64,000 nt of DNA from assembly GCA_963755265.1 (NCBI GenBank), contig CAVWKV010000084.1, positions 5,157-69,156 on the forward strand. Reading direction: 5' to 3'. The position numbers were made by a program, and so were the translations under genes. Source of the DNA: an uncultured Methanomassiliicoccales archaeon (GTDB taxonomy: Archaea > Thermoplasmatota > Thermoplasmata > Methanomassiliicoccales > UBA472). Positions within the stretch are counted from its first letter, which is position 1; every line of letters begins with the position of its first letter. The notes below the pieces were generated by a model that made no database searches, was not told where the DNA came from, and saw nothing but the letters and a program-made list of their open reading frames with translations. This document shows, in pieces, positions 35,342 to 45,394 of this stretch.

Positions 35342-36125
35342 TGGAGCGCTTCTTGACCATTTCTTCAGACTCGCCAGTCTTCTTGTTTATGTCCTTCAGC
35401 GCTTGTTCCAGCACCGCAGCCTCTTCCAAAAGGGGCTGAGTATCCAGACCGCTATGAAGAATGAGTTTGTCAATGGTATGCGTGGCCGCCGCAGCGGCCC
35501 TTGCGTCTGGGTAGTCTGCATGTGCCTCCGACAAGATCGACACCACATCGAAATTGCGGTTGACGCCCTCGTTCAGCAGGACCCCGGCCAGACCCACCAC
35601 GACGCCGTTCTCGAAAATCGGGATATCATTCCGCATAAGAAGCTCCCTCGCGAATGGCGTTGATCCTACCCCATAGACGGTTATGTCGTCACCTTCCTTC
35701 TTTTGTTCCGGCCGGACTTCGGGTACTTCAACGCTGGTCTCTCCAGCTTTGTTCGCTAGGCCTTCCGGGGAAAGGACCATCTTACAGCGCTTACCCTCCA
35801 CCCAATCCATTATCGTCTGGGCCAGGGGCTTCAGGATATCCTGGGGAGGTTCGAACTCTGAGACAATGACCACTATCTTCTCCAATCCCCCCTTCCCAAT
35901 AGGTCCAGAATAGATCCGGACCGGGCTGTACGGAACGCCTTCGCGCACAATGGAGACCGACGGCAGATAAGGAGAATCGATTATGGCGATCTGTTCCAGA
36001 TCTAGAAGCGTAACCAAATAATTGGCCGTGATCGAACCGACGAGGCCTATGCTGGAGAACCCCTCTATCACGTAGGCACCTTTGCAATTGTTCCTCCTTA
36101 GCTCGACGACGTCGAAATCGTTCAT
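35328..36125 (-). CDS. PAC2-family (proteasome assembly chaperone-like) protein
   Basis: 265-aa ORF with GFSSIGLVGSITANYLV and a layout typical of archaeal PAC2/DUF75 proteins. Confidence 0.6.
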   Translation of the reverse strand: MNDFDVVELRRNNCKGAYVIEGFSSIGLVGSITANYLVTLLDLEQIAIIDSPYLPSVSIVREGVPYSPVRIYSGPIGKGGLEKIVVIVSEFEPPQDILKPLAQTIMDWVEGKRCKMVLSPEGLANKAGETSVEVPEVRPEQKKEGDDITVYGVGSTPFARELLMRNDIPIFENGVVVGLAGVLLNEGVNRNFDVVSILSEAHADYPDARAAAAATHTIDKLILHSGLDTQPLLEEAAVLEQALKDINKKTGESEEMVKKRSIMYG

Positions 36126-36609
36126 CGGGCGAATAACGCAAAAGGGCTTATTTTTCTTTTGGCAATGATTGGCCGCCTTAACTATGTCTATGTATAGCCT
36201 GCAATTTCTGCCTTTGGCACCATAAAACCCTTAACAGGCAAAAGATCAGTTGCCTTGTGGGAAGAGAGAGGGATGAAATGTCCAAGTTGCGGATGGAGAT
36301 AGAGCCGGGAATATTAAGAACGGAGAGCTTTCTTGGCAGTGCGAAGTGAATCGGTCTCCCGAAAGATGGAAACAGGAAACCGACAACGCCGATCCATACT
36401 ATATGGGATATACCATGATATCGGGTTTTCGATGCGATAATTTCCGGCAACGATCCTGGAACTATTGATCTAGATTGGATCGTTAGGATATCTTTAGGCA
36501 GGATTCCTATAAGATACTCGGCCATTGATAGGCAATGCCGTCCTATGGCCGGATGAGCCAGTTAACCATTACCACAAGCTTAAATGCCTCGGGAACGATT
36601 TTCACGCCG

Positions 36610-37251
36610 ATGAGGCCCCGAGTAACGGTAAACTGCGCCATGTCCCCCGATGGTAAGATCGCCACCAAGGAGCATAGGCAGACCAGGATATCCTCCCCGC
36701 AGGATATGGAAAGGGTCAGATCGCTGAGGGCTTCCGTCGACGCCATACTGGTGGGGGTCGGGACGGTCCTGGCAGATGACCCGCACTTGACGATCAAGGG
36801 ACTTCCGCCAGAAAAGAACCCGCTGAGAGTCGTGCTGGATTCCCATGGAAGGACGCCAGACAGTGCCCGGGTAGTGGATGGGAACGGCCGGACGCTAATT
36901 GTTACGATCACAACTTGCACCAAGACCTGGGCGAACGCTCAGGTCCTCCGGGCCGGAAATGAGAGGGTCGATCTTACCATCCTTCTTCCTAAACTCCATG
37001 AGATGGGCGTAAAGACCTTACTCGTGGAAGGGGGAGGAGAGACCATTTGGTCTTTCTTCAAGATGGGTTTCGTGGACGTTTATTCGGTTTACATAGGCAA
37101 CGAAATACTCGGGGGCAGAACAGCACCAAGTCCGGTCGATGGAGAAGGATTCTTCGAAGGCGAAAAAGTGCGCCTGGAGCTGCGGGATGTGGAGAGGCTA
37201 GGCGACGGCGTTCTGCTCACCTACGAGAGGCTTGGACCAGGTTGCCAGTAA
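36610..37251 (+). CDS. 2,5-diamino-6-ribosylamino-4(3H)-pyrimidinone 5'-phosphate reductase (RibD C-terminal domain family)
   Basis: RPRVTVNCAMSPDGKIA...VDAILVGVGTVLADDPHLT...LLVEGGGE. The ORF opens at 36535, but MRPRV at 36610 gives the usual length. Confidence 0.8.
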   Translation: MRPRVTVNCAMSPDGKIATKEHRQTRISSPQDMERVRSLRASVDAILVGVGTVLADDPHLTIKGLPPEKNPLRVVLDSHGRTPDSARVVDGNGRTLIVTITTCTKTWANAQVLRAGNERVDLTILLPKLHEMGVKTLLVEGGGETIWSFFKMGFVDVYSVYIGNEILGGRTAPSPVDGEGFFEGEKVRLELRDVERLGDGVLLTYERLGPGCQ

Positions 37252-37260
37252 CGAGACGAC

Positions 37261-37722
37261 ATGACCAGACCAAGATTCTCCGCCGATGAGATGCTCGGGT
37301 CGCTGGCCCGGTGGCTTAGACTGATGGGCTATGACACCCGTTATGAGCGGGACACCGATGACACGCACATATTGGAACGAGCAAGGCTCGATGATCGGAT
37401 CCTATTGACCCGGGACAAGAAACTGGCCGAACGGGCAGGTGAAAAGGGCCTTTACGTAGAATTTCACGATTTGGAGGGCCAGATAAAACAGGTCATAATG
37501 GCCTTTGGGCTTACCTTCAACGAAGACCTTTCTCGATGCACGACTTGTAATGGCGAACTGATCCTGATCGGCAAAGAAGAGGCGTCCAAGGGTGTGCCCG
37601 AAGGGTCACTTCGATCCAATGAGCAGTTCTTTCGTTGCAAATCATGTGGCAAGTACTACTGGAAAGGAAGTCACTGGAAGAACATCCAAAAAAGGATGAA
37701 TGCCTTGACCCGAGTAGATTAG
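37261..37722 (+). CDS. Mut7-C / DUF82 PIN-like RNase domain protein
   Basis: 153-aa ORF with FSADEMLGSLARWLRLMGYDT...ILLTRDKKL and a C-terminal zinc ribbon (CTTCNG...CKSCGKYYWKGSHW). Confidence 0.7.
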   Translation: MTRPRFSADEMLGSLARWLRLMGYDTRYERDTDDTHILERARLDDRILLTRDKKLAERAGEKGLYVEFHDLEGQIKQVIMAFGLTFNEDLSRCTTCNGELILIGKEEASKGVPEGSLRSNEQFFRCKSCGKYYWKGSHWKNIQKRMNALTRVD

Positions 37723-38657
37723 GAAAGTTCGCGGTAATAATCCTCGGAGATTATCTTGCCGGTGCTCGCGTTAAGGATCATCACTCCTTTCACACCTTCG
37801 ATACACCAGATGGGCAGGTAGAAGATGCCCATGTCTTCGAGCTCTATCGAATCGGCCTTCGGGGAGACCAGCTTTTTCTCAGTCACAGTGACATGGTTCT
37901 CCTCCTTCACGATGTCCCTCTCAAAGGTGTGCCGCTTCATCACTTCCTGCTTGACCAGGTTCTTTGCCTCTTCAATATCGATGAGCGGTTCCAGGCGTTT
38001 GTGGGTCAATTCCAGGGAGAACACTATGTCCAGGTTCTCAGGCCAGGCATCGACTTTATGTGTCAGGGCGTTCACTGCCAGCAGTCCTGTTTCTACGCCA
38101 AGCTTATTGTCATCGATATAAAGTGGTGCCTTATAGTTAAAAACATAATGCGGAACGAGCTCGAGCCTGTGCCGGAAACCGGCCACCGTTTGGGCTGCTA
38201 TCTGCTTGATGTCGCCAACATCGACGACCGGTTTGACTATCTTCTCCCCAAAATCTTGGGCCGCAGCCTTGTCCAGATCCTCCGCTGTCACCATCTTCGG
38301 GTAATCATCCGCCCCGAATTCGTCCACCAGTCCGTGGTCCTTCTCTCCTACGATCTTCTCTATGTGGACGCGACCGATTTCGTGCTCAATCGCCTCTCTA
38401 TCCCATACGAACGTGCGTTCATCCAGCTTCGAGATGAGCGGTTCGGGCAGTGGCAACAAAGTGGCAATAACACGCTTCCCTTTGAAGTCCTTAAATCGCT
38501 CAAGGAACGAATAAAAGGCCTTCTCGTCCTTTTCGACCAATAGCAAGAAGATGACCTCAACGTCGTTCCGCTTTCCAGTCAGGAACCCATCCAGGTCAGA
38601 TATCTGAAAATCTCTGGATTGAAGTATCTCACTGATAACAGCCCTCAGCGAGGTCAA
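37719..38657 (-). CDS. Hypothetical protein
   Basis: 312-aa ORF with coding-like composition and no motif I can assign. Confidence 0.5.
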   Translation of the reverse strand: MTSLRAVISEILQSRDFQISDLDGFLTGKRNDVEVIFLLLVEKDEKAFYSFLERFKDFKGKRVIATLLPLPEPLISKLDERTFVWDREAIEHEIGRVHIEKIVGEKDHGLVDEFGADDYPKMVTAEDLDKAAAQDFGEKIVKPVVDVGDIKQIAAQTVAGFRHRLELVPHYVFNYKAPLYIDDNKLGVETGLLAVNALTHKVDAWPENLDIVFSLELTHKRLEPLIDIEEAKNLVKQEVMKRHTFERDIVKEENHVTVTEKKLVSPKADSIELEDMGIFYLPIWCIEGVKGVMILNASTGKIISEDYYRELS

Positions 38658-38932
38658 AAGGACACCTACTTAACCTAATATGCTTATCTCATAAATACGT
38701 TGGTGCCCGGTTCGGCGAGGCAAAACCTCTACTTGATAATGTCATCGATTCGTCATGGGATTATCGCCTACATCCGTATATCGTGGTTATTTTTCATAAG
38801 TTCATTGTGCCACAAGATGTTTTTTATACAAATTTCTCAAATCAGGAGACTCTGTTCAAGGAACATCAAGCGTCAGAGGTCTATAAAGGGACAAAGCACC
38901 CTGTAGACCCCATAGTGTTGAGGGGATCGTAA

Positions 38933-40534
38933 ATGTTGAGGAATGGAGGATATCCGGTGGTGTTAACGGCCGACCGGACTTTAATGAGCGAGTATGGTGG
39001 CAGCATTTTCCTTGGATTCAGTGCAGTGATTCCGGAACATTTGGTCCCAGAATCGGTTTATTTTTCATTATTCTGCCCTCCTGTAGATGTTGACAAGGAA
39101 GGCTCAGTAACTGTGGCCCCTTGCGGGACTAGAAAAATAGAATCCATTCTGCTTAGTGGAGGATTCAAGATAGATGATGTGATCGTTGCCCATCCAGAAC
39201 ATCTCGAAAAGGTTATTGGCCCCGATACCAAGGTGGTCGGGTTCACCGAGAACGATCCCCTGGGAATAGGACCGGCCACATCCACGTTTACCAGTATCTT
39301 CAGCGGGGACGCGTTCATGAAGATCAAATTCCGGGAAGCGCTAAACCATCCCGCGATCCTCAAATATAAACCAAACATCATCGTCGGCGGCCCGGGCGCT
39401 TGGCAGCTGACCGATGCGGCGGTCCGAAAAGAGCTGGGAATCACGACCGTCGTCCTCGGTGAAGGGGAAATGGTCGTTCCAGAGCTTTTCAAGAAAGCGG
39501 TCAGAGGAGAAGCATTGCCAGGAATGGTCCTGGGAGAGGTCACCCCCATCGACCAGATCGCGCTGCTCAAAGGAGCTACCGTGGATGGTCTTGTCGAAAT
39601 CTCCCGTGGATGCGGCAGGGGATGCGATTTCTGCGTGCCCACCATGGCCAAGTACCGTAGCCGCGAGATCAAGGACGTCATCGCGGACGTAAAGGTTAAT
39701 CTCGCAGCCGGAAGACAGCCGTGCCTCCACGCGGAGGACGTGGTCCGTTACGGGGCCAAGAAGATAGAGGTCGATCCGAAGCAGTTGGTCGGCCTGTTCC
39801 AGGCGGTAAGCGAGGTTCTGGGAGTGACCCGAATGACCATCTCTCATTTCGCCCTGGCATCTGTGGCAAGCGCCCCTGACGAGATAAAGACCATCTCCGA
39901 TATCATGAAGGTCACGGATAAACAGTGGATGTCTGGTCAGACCGGGGTCGAGACGGGAAGCACGGAGCTGATGAAACGATACATGATCGGCAAATGCCGC
40001 CCCTTCGAACCGGATGCCTGGCAGGAAACGGTGGTCAGTGGCTTCAATATCCTAGAGCGGAACCATTGGATCCCGTGTGCCACCCTGATTATGGGTCTGC
40101 CTGGAGAAACGGAGAAGGACGTGGACATGACGCTTGAACTTGTCAAGAAGATTGACGGTTACCGCTCGTTGATCGTGCCTCTCTTCTTCGTTGCCACTGG
40201 TGAGCTGAACAACGGAGAGAGATCGTTCACATCGGACCAGATGACCAAGGCCCAAACGCAACTATTCCTGAATTGTTGGGAGCACAATCTCAAATGGGCT
40301 CCACCAATAATCAATGACTGGGCGTCCCGTAGCATACAAAATCCGCTTGCTCGCCCTGCGCTAAAACTGATCCTAAAATTCGGCATCGCCGAAGGAATGG
40401 AGATGGTCCGTATGTGCCGGAAGGACTATGATTATGACATCCAAGCGATCCTGGATGACGGTCGTAAGGGAAATGTGAAGATCCTTCCGATGACCGTGCA
40501 TGCATTCGGGCATTTGGTTGGCCACAACTTCTAG
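38933..40534 (+). CDS. Radical SAM protein with an N-terminal B12-binding-like domain
   Basis: 533-aa ORF with the CxxxCxxC cluster motif in EISRGCGRGCDFCVPTM, preceded by a Rossmann-like N-domain. Substrate unknown. Confidence 0.7.
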   Translation: MLRNGGYPVVLTADRTLMSEYGGSIFLGFSAVIPEHLVPESVYFSLFCPPVDVDKEGSVTVAPCGTRKIESILLSGGFKIDDVIVAHPEHLEKVIGPDTKVVGFTENDPLGIGPATSTFTSIFSGDAFMKIKFREALNHPAILKYKPNIIVGGPGAWQLTDAAVRKELGITTVVLGEGEMVVPELFKKAVRGEALPGMVLGEVTPIDQIALLKGATVDGLVEISRGCGRGCDFCVPTMAKYRSREIKDVIADVKVNLAAGRQPCLHAEDVVRYGAKKIEVDPKQLVGLFQAVSEVLGVTRMTISHFALASVASAPDEIKTISDIMKVTDKQWMSGQTGVETGSTELMKRYMIGKCRPFEPDAWQETVVSGFNILERNHWIPCATLIMGLPGETEKDVDMTLELVKKIDGYRSLIVPLFFVATGELNNGERSFTSDQMTKAQTQLFLNCWEHNLKWAPPIINDWASRSIQNPLARPALKLILKFGIAEGMEMVRMCRKDYDYDIQAILDDGRKGNVKILPMTVHAFGHLVGHNF

Positions 40535-40541
40535 GCTCCAG

Positions 40542-41504
40542 CTAATGTCCTGGACGTTTCCCTTCCTTCCTCCAAGGAAGGAGGGGGGCTGATTCCCCCC
40601 GGATGATCGGGGGAAGACCGTCCACGGCATGTTGGTCCATTTCGGTCCGCCTGACCCTCGCCCTCAAGGCGTAATTATTGCAGGTATTCGTGGCACAGCC
40701 GCCGCTGACAATCTGCCTGACCTCATGGACCGTCAAATATCTGACATCCTCCTTTGCGCTCAGCAGGTTCCATTTCACGAACCGATCCCCAAGGGCAAAT
40801 AGACGCTCCTCAGCCAGGCTCCTGCCGAGTGCTCTAACCGAACGTGACAGTTCCCAGTGCGAACGATACCGATTGACCATGGACCTCACTTCCTCCAGTT
40901 TGGAATGGGACAAGCGTATTACGGTCGCCTCGGGACGTAATTTCCTGTGCTTGACCTCCCGCTGATGACCCATCCACTCGTCGAGCAGCGACAAGTTGAG
41001 ACCGACCAGCAGCCAGGCTCCGGTCTCCCTAAAGATCACGTCTTTATCGATCTCTAGGACACGATCGAACTCTTGGACCATTTGTTCCTCTGTCTCCCAC
41101 TCGCCCTGCTTGCGCTGTATCTCTTCCAACCGTCTTTCGGATTCCATGATCGATTGCTCCAGGTTCTGCGCGATGTCGGAGCTGTCGATCGCGAGCACTC
41201 GGTCGGCCGAAGTCTCGTCAAGAGTAGAGTACGCTCTGGATGTGGGGGGCTCGAACAGGCGATCTAGGACGGCCTGAGGTATCTGTGCGGCCTTGAGGAT
41301 GGTCACCATCTTAGTCATGTTCCAATAAGCGCGATGGTAGAATGTGCGTACGAATTGCACATCCTCTCCTTCCACTTGGAGATCGCGCCTTATCTGGTTC
41401 CAGCTGGCATCCACGATCCCGGCCAGGACCGACCAGTTAAACGGGTACATGACGCCAGGCAGAAACTCATCTGCCAGTACGTTCGAATAGATATCATCGC
41501 TCAT
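40542..41504 (-). CDS. Hypothetical protein
   Basis: 320-aa, largely helical ORF with no assignable motif. Confidence 0.45.
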   Translation of the reverse strand: MSDDIYSNVLADEFLPGVMYPFNWSVLAGIVDASWNQIRRDLQVEGEDVQFVRTFYHRAYWNMTKMVTILKAAQIPQAVLDRLFEPPTSRAYSTLDETSADRVLAIDSSDIAQNLEQSIMESERRLEEIQRKQGEWETEEQMVQEFDRVLEIDKDVIFRETGAWLLVGLNLSLLDEWMGHQREVKHRKLRPEATVIRLSHSKLEEVRSMVNRYRSHWELSRSVRALGRSLAEERLFALGDRFVKWNLLSAKEDVRYLTVHEVRQIVSGGCATNTCNNYALRARVRRTEMDQHAVDGLPPIIRGESAPLLPWRKEGKRPGH

Positions 41505-41582
41505 CGTTGATGTTATGGTCCCTTCCGGCTTATTTACGTTCCCTGAGCAAGTTTCAAGAGCGGGGGAAATGGTATCGGGTCG

Positions 41583-41987
41583 ATGCGCTCCACCACGGTG
41601 CGATGTGCCGGGATTGCCCTGCTCGTGCTCGGGCTCTTGACGACCGCATGGTCGATCTACATTGGTTTTGTCAAGTTCTATCTGGTGGTGATCGTGCCAG
41701 TGCTGACGAGCGATAATGCGTTAGGCTTGCTCCCGCTTCTTGCTGTCTTCGCTGGGGTCGTCCTGACGACCGTCGGGCCGGCATTTGGCAAGGATCATGC
41801 TGACATGCCCAATGGGGGAAAATCTGCCAATGTTGATGAGACACCCGATAAAGGCCGAACTAAAATCGGAGGCGTGGTCCTCATCGGCCCGATACCGATC
41901 CTGTTCGGTTCCGACAGGAGCATGACCCTGATCGCAGCGGCCATCAGCATCATGATACTGGCTATCGTGGTTCTACTTCTCTTGTGA
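41583..41987 (+). CDS. DUF131/TIGR00304-family small membrane protein
   Basis: 134-aa ORF with N-terminal TMs and C-terminal GGVVLIGPIPILFGSD...TM, matching the archaeal DUF131 pattern. Confidence 0.6.
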   Translation: MRSTTVRCAGIALLVLGLLTTAWSIYIGFVKFYLVVIVPVLTSDNALGLLPLLAVFAGVVLTTVGPAFGKDHADMPNGGKSANVDETPDKGRTKIGGVVLIGPIPILFGSDRSMTLIAAAISIMILAIVVLLLL

Positions 41988-42161
41988 TAAGATCACCTCA
42001 GCAGCCTTTACCAGACCTACCTTTTGTTTCGTCGACAGATCCCGGATGTCGCTAATGATCCGGACATAGTCCCCATACTCAAACCCTGCCCGCCGCAATT
42101 CCCTGCCCAGGACTTTCTCAAAAATGTCCTTTTTGCGCATGCTGTCGATTGCCTTGCGCAC
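41973..42161 (-). CDS. Hypothetical small protein
   Basis: 62-aa basic, helical ORF; coding status uncertain. Confidence 0.35.
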   Translation of the reverse strand: MRKAIDSMRKKDIFEKVLGRELRRAGFEYGDYVRIISDIRDLSTKQKVGLVKAAEVILSQEK

Positions 42162-42181
42162 CGCGTCTCTTTCGTCTGGGC

Positions 42182-42757
42182 TTAGCTGTGCCAGTGCTCA
42201 ACCACCTTCAGGAAGTTCTTGAAGATGTCCTCGCCGTGTTCGGTGTTCTCCACCTCAGGGTGGAACTGGAGACCATAATATGGGCGGTCCTTCATCTTGA
42301 CCGCCTCGATGGGGCAGGCATCGGTGCGGGCTAGTATGTCGAATTGGGATGGCAGCACCTTCACCTCATCGTTATGCGATTCCCAGACATTGAACTGCTT
42401 GGGGAGGCCGGCAAAGATCTCGTCTTCCTTCTCTATATAGAGGGTGGCCTTACCGAACTCTGCCTGGTTGGCCGCTTCGGTAGCGCCCCCGAAATGGGTG
42501 CACATGAACTGCATGCCGGCGCATATCCCCAGGATCGGGAAGGTCGCACGGTCGAGATAGTCACCGTTGTTACCCATGCGGCAGTCGTCGGTGGCCACGT
42601 GCGGCGATCCGCCGGAAAGCACCAACGCATCCACATCGCCGATCTGATCGAACGGTGTCGTGTTCGGTAGGATCTTCGTCTCGACCTTGAGGTACTTCAG
42701 GACCCTCCATTCCCGGTGGGTCCATTGACCCCCATTGTCAATGACGTAAACCTTCAT
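42182..42757 (-). CDS. guaAA: GMP synthase (glutamine-hydrolysing) subunit A, amidotransferase
   Basis: MKVYVIDNGGQWTHREWRVLKYL..., the catalytic GICAGMQ and the HPE triad. The ORF opens at 42871, but the MKVYVID start at 42757 gives the usual ~190 aa. Confidence 0.88.
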   Translation of the reverse strand: MKVYVIDNGGQWTHREWRVLKYLKVETKILPNTTPFDQIGDVDALVLSGGSPHVATDDCRMGNNGDYLDRATFPILGICAGMQFMCTHFGGATEAANQAEFGKATLYIEKEDEIFAGLPKQFNVWESHNDEVKVLPSQFDILARTDACPIEAVKMKDRPYYGLQFHPEVENTEHGEDIFKNFLKVVEHWHS

Positions 42758-42822
42758 TGGGAGATGGAATGGGCACGCCATTAATAAAATCGATGCTGAT
42801 GACCCCCGTGGAGTGTCTGAAG

Positions 42823-43053
42823 TTACTTTTGCGTCCCAGGTGGTGTCATTCCGGAGGCGCAATCTTTGCATTCCCTGCGCCTGATGTAGAACGCCCCACC
42901 GAAAAGGAACACTAGGAATAAGCTGCCTAATCCGAACCAGCTCCCCATTGTTAGGATAAGAATAGCGAAAATCAGGTTCACTGCGACAAGAAGCAGAAGC
43001 AAAAGATCGATGGTGTCGATCAGGCTCTTACCGCATCGGTCACATACATACAT
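42823..43053 (-). CDS. Small membrane protein with a split zinc-ribbon (CxxC...TM-TM...CxxC)
   Basis: 76-aa ORF with CDRCG, two hydrophobic helices, then CKDC. Confidence 0.4.
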   Translation of the reverse strand: MYVCDRCGKSLIDTIDLLLLLLVAVNLIFAILILTMGSWFGLGSLFLVFLFGGAFYIRRRECKDCASGMTPPGTQK

Positions 43054-43176
43054 CGACCCTCCATTGCATTGTTCGGTTAATCAACTCTCTTATGGGTATT
43101 GACCTGCAGTAGCATCGTCTTAGGCCACATGGTCTAGAAAAACCTTTAAGAATCGAGATCGAGGTTGCTCAAAGGA

Positions 43177-43908
43177 ATGAAAGCCGTAGTTTTCGACCTT
43201 GGTCACACGCTTATTGACTACTACAGCAATTGGGAGGCTCCAGAGCTCCGGGCGATAGAGCGTTCTTATGATCTTGCGGCCGCAAATGGCTGTGGTGCAG
43301 AGGCGGAGGTGTTCAAGACAGAACTCAGGAAAATGCTGGTTGAAGGACGAAAACGCAAGGAAATAGAGTTGGTCGAGATACCGCTCTATCAGGTCCTTGA
43401 CACCATCTATCAGCGCTTTGGCTGCGACGTCACGGATGATATGCTGGTCGAGGGGATGGATATATTCTATGGCGTATTGGTGGAGGACAGGCATCTTGTG
43501 CCAGGTACTCTAGAGATGCTTGAGATGGTGAAGGACAAGGGTTACGCCATCGGCCTTGTGTCAGATGTCGCCTGGGGTTTGCCTTCCGATTATCCCCAGA
43601 AGGACATGGAATACTTCCACCTCATGGACTTTTTTGACGACACGGTGTTCTCGACCGACGTCGGGCTGAGGAAACCGCATCCCAAGATGTTCAAGATAGC
43701 CCTGTCAAATCTTGGAGCGGACGCTAACCGTTCAGTATTCGTAGGTAACTCGCTCCAGTGCGATGTAAAAGGAGCGTTGGGGGTCGGCATGACCGCCGTG
43801 TTGAAGAAATCGGGCTACTACCAGCCCGATGATTCCATTGTCCCCGATGCCAACGTGGACCGTTGGTCCGATCTGGTGGCCATATTGGAAAGGAACGACG
43901 CCCTTTAG
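43177..43908 (+). CDS. HAD-superfamily hydrolase
   Basis: MKAVVFDLGHTL (DxG/DxT motif I), a later SD motif and GNSLQCDVKGA (motif IV). The ORF opens at TTG 43165. Confidence 0.75.
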   Translation: MKAVVFDLGHTLIDYYSNWEAPELRAIERSYDLAAANGCGAEAEVFKTELRKMLVEGRKRKEIELVEIPLYQVLDTIYQRFGCDVTDDMLVEGMDIFYGVLVEDRHLVPGTLEMLEMVKDKGYAIGLVSDVAWGLPSDYPQKDMEYFHLMDFFDDTVFSTDVGLRKPHPKMFKIALSNLGADANRSVFVGNSLQCDVKGALGVGMTAVLKKSGYYQPDDSIVPDANVDRWSDLVAILERNDAL

Positions 43909-44856
43909 TCACTCCCACTCGATGGTCGCCGGAGGCTTGTTGGTGATGTCATAAACGACCCGATTCACTTCGGCCTTCATCTCATTGGTGATGCGTGTGG
44001 ATATCTTTTCCAGGACCTCGTGCGGGATGCGTGAATAGGCCGCTGACATGCCATCGATCGACTCCACCGCTCTGACCGCTATGGTACGTCCATAGGCGCG
44101 TCTATCCCCGTGCACGCCAACGGATTGAACAGGCAACAGCACAGCAAAGTATTGCCATGGCAAGGTCATGATCTTCTTGGCCGCGGCCATCTCCAACTCC
44201 TCCTCGACGATTACGCAGGCCTCTCGCACTATCTCCACATTCTCCCTCGTCGGCTCCCCGATGACCCTAATGGCCAATGCCGGACCGGGGAACGGCTGGC
44301 GCTCGGAGACCTCGATCTCCAAATACCTTGCCAGTTTCCTTACCTCATCCTTGTATAGGTCTCGGAGAGGCTCCACAATCCTCAGCTTCATATCGGCCGG
44401 CAGACCACCAACGTTGTGGTGGCTTTTGATGGTGTCCCGGAGGTGGTCTCCCGATTCGATCCAATCTGGAGCGATTGTGCCTTGGACCAGGTAATCTGCC
44501 TTGTACCCTTTTGCCTCCCGCTCGAAGACCCGGATGAACTTCTCCCCGATGATCTTCCTCTTCCTCTCCGGTTCGGTTATTCCCTTGAGGGCTTCGAAGA
44601 ACTCGTCCGAGGCGTCGATCAGACGATAGTTGATGTTGAGCTTGACGAACATCTTGTCAACTGTCGCGGTCTCGCCTTTTCTCATGAATCCATTGTTGAC
44701 GTAAATGGTCAACAGCCGGTCGCCGATGGCCCGCGACACTAGTACCGCCGCGGCTGTACTGTCAACTCCGCCGGAGCAGGCGATAATGGCCTTGCCCTTG
44801 ATCGACGCCCTCAGTTCTGCAATCTTCTCTTCCGAGAATTCCTTGGGGTCGAACAT
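43909..44856 (-). CDS. guaAB: GMP synthase subunit B (ATP pyrophosphatase)
   Basis: MFDPKEF...IIACSGGVDSTAAAVL (PP-loop SGGVDS) ending ...PPATIEWE. The ORF track extends it to 45189, but that region belongs to purE in another frame. Confidence 0.9.
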   Translation of the reverse strand: MFDPKEFSEEKIAELRASIKGKAIIACSGGVDSTAAAVLVSRAIGDRLLTIYVNNGFMRKGETATVDKMFVKLNINYRLIDASDEFFEALKGITEPERKRKIIGEKFIRVFEREAKGYKADYLVQGTIAPDWIESGDHLRDTIKSHHNVGGLPADMKLRIVEPLRDLYKDEVRKLARYLEIEVSERQPFPGPALAIRVIGEPTRENVEIVREACVIVEEELEMAAAKKIMTLPWQYFAVLLPVQSVGVHGDRRAYGRTIAVRAVESIDGMSAAYSRIPHEVLEKISTRITNEMKAEVNRVVYDITNKPPATIEWE

Positions 44857-45323
44857 CAGGCTTGCACCTCTCTGGAATCTTTCTCTATCTTGTCCGCCAT
44901 CTCTTTCCGGTAATTTTCCAGTTCTGATGTCAAACGGGGGTCGGACACCGCCAACATCTCGACGGCCAGTATGGCCGCGTTCTCGCCCCTGTCCAGACCA
45001 ACCGCGGCCACCGGTATTCCGGGTGGCATTTGCACGATGGAGAGTATGGAGTCTAGGTTGACCGCACCGCTCACCGGCACGCCGATGACCGGCTTGGTGG
45101 TGTATGAAGCGACCGCCCCAGGGAGGGCCGCTGCGAGCCCTGCCACGGTGATGAAGATCTTCGCATCGCTCTCTCGGACCAGATTCCAAAGGCGCTCTGG
45201 GGTGCGGTGCGCGGAGGCTACGACGATCTCCGAATATATACCAAATCTTTGCAGTATGGACAAGGCCTTCTTGCCGATCTCTAGGTCGCTCTTGCTTCCA
45301 AGGATGATGAGGACAACGGGCAT
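44856..45323 (-). CDS. purE: 5-(carboxyamino)imidazole ribonucleotide mutase
   Basis: MPVVLIILGSKSDLEIGKKA...VVASAHRTPERL...AGLAAALPGAVAS are PurE signatures. Its stop overlaps the guaAB start by 1 nt (TGATG). Confidence 0.88.
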   Translation of the reverse strand: MPVVLIILGSKSDLEIGKKALSILQRFGIYSEIVVASAHRTPERLWNLVRESDAKIFITVAGLAAALPGAVASYTTKPVIGVPVSGAVNLDSILSIVQMPPGIPVAAVGLDRGENAAILAVEMLAVSDPRLTSELENYRKEMADKIEKDSREVQA

Positions 45324-45394
45324 TGAATGGACTGACCGATTTCTTGTTCTAAAAAGTATCGGTACGACCGTGTTGGTCCTCAAGAATCATGAAT

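Noticed and set aside
36178-36525. A 115-aa minus-strand ORF in the spacer between the PAC2 and riboflavin reductase genes, and a tiny plus-strand MKCPSCGWR* ORF.
   Set aside because: There are no motifs, the composition is odd, and no SD is present. The plus-strand zinc-ribbon-like start stops after 9 codons. This may be a decayed small gene, but it cannot be supported.
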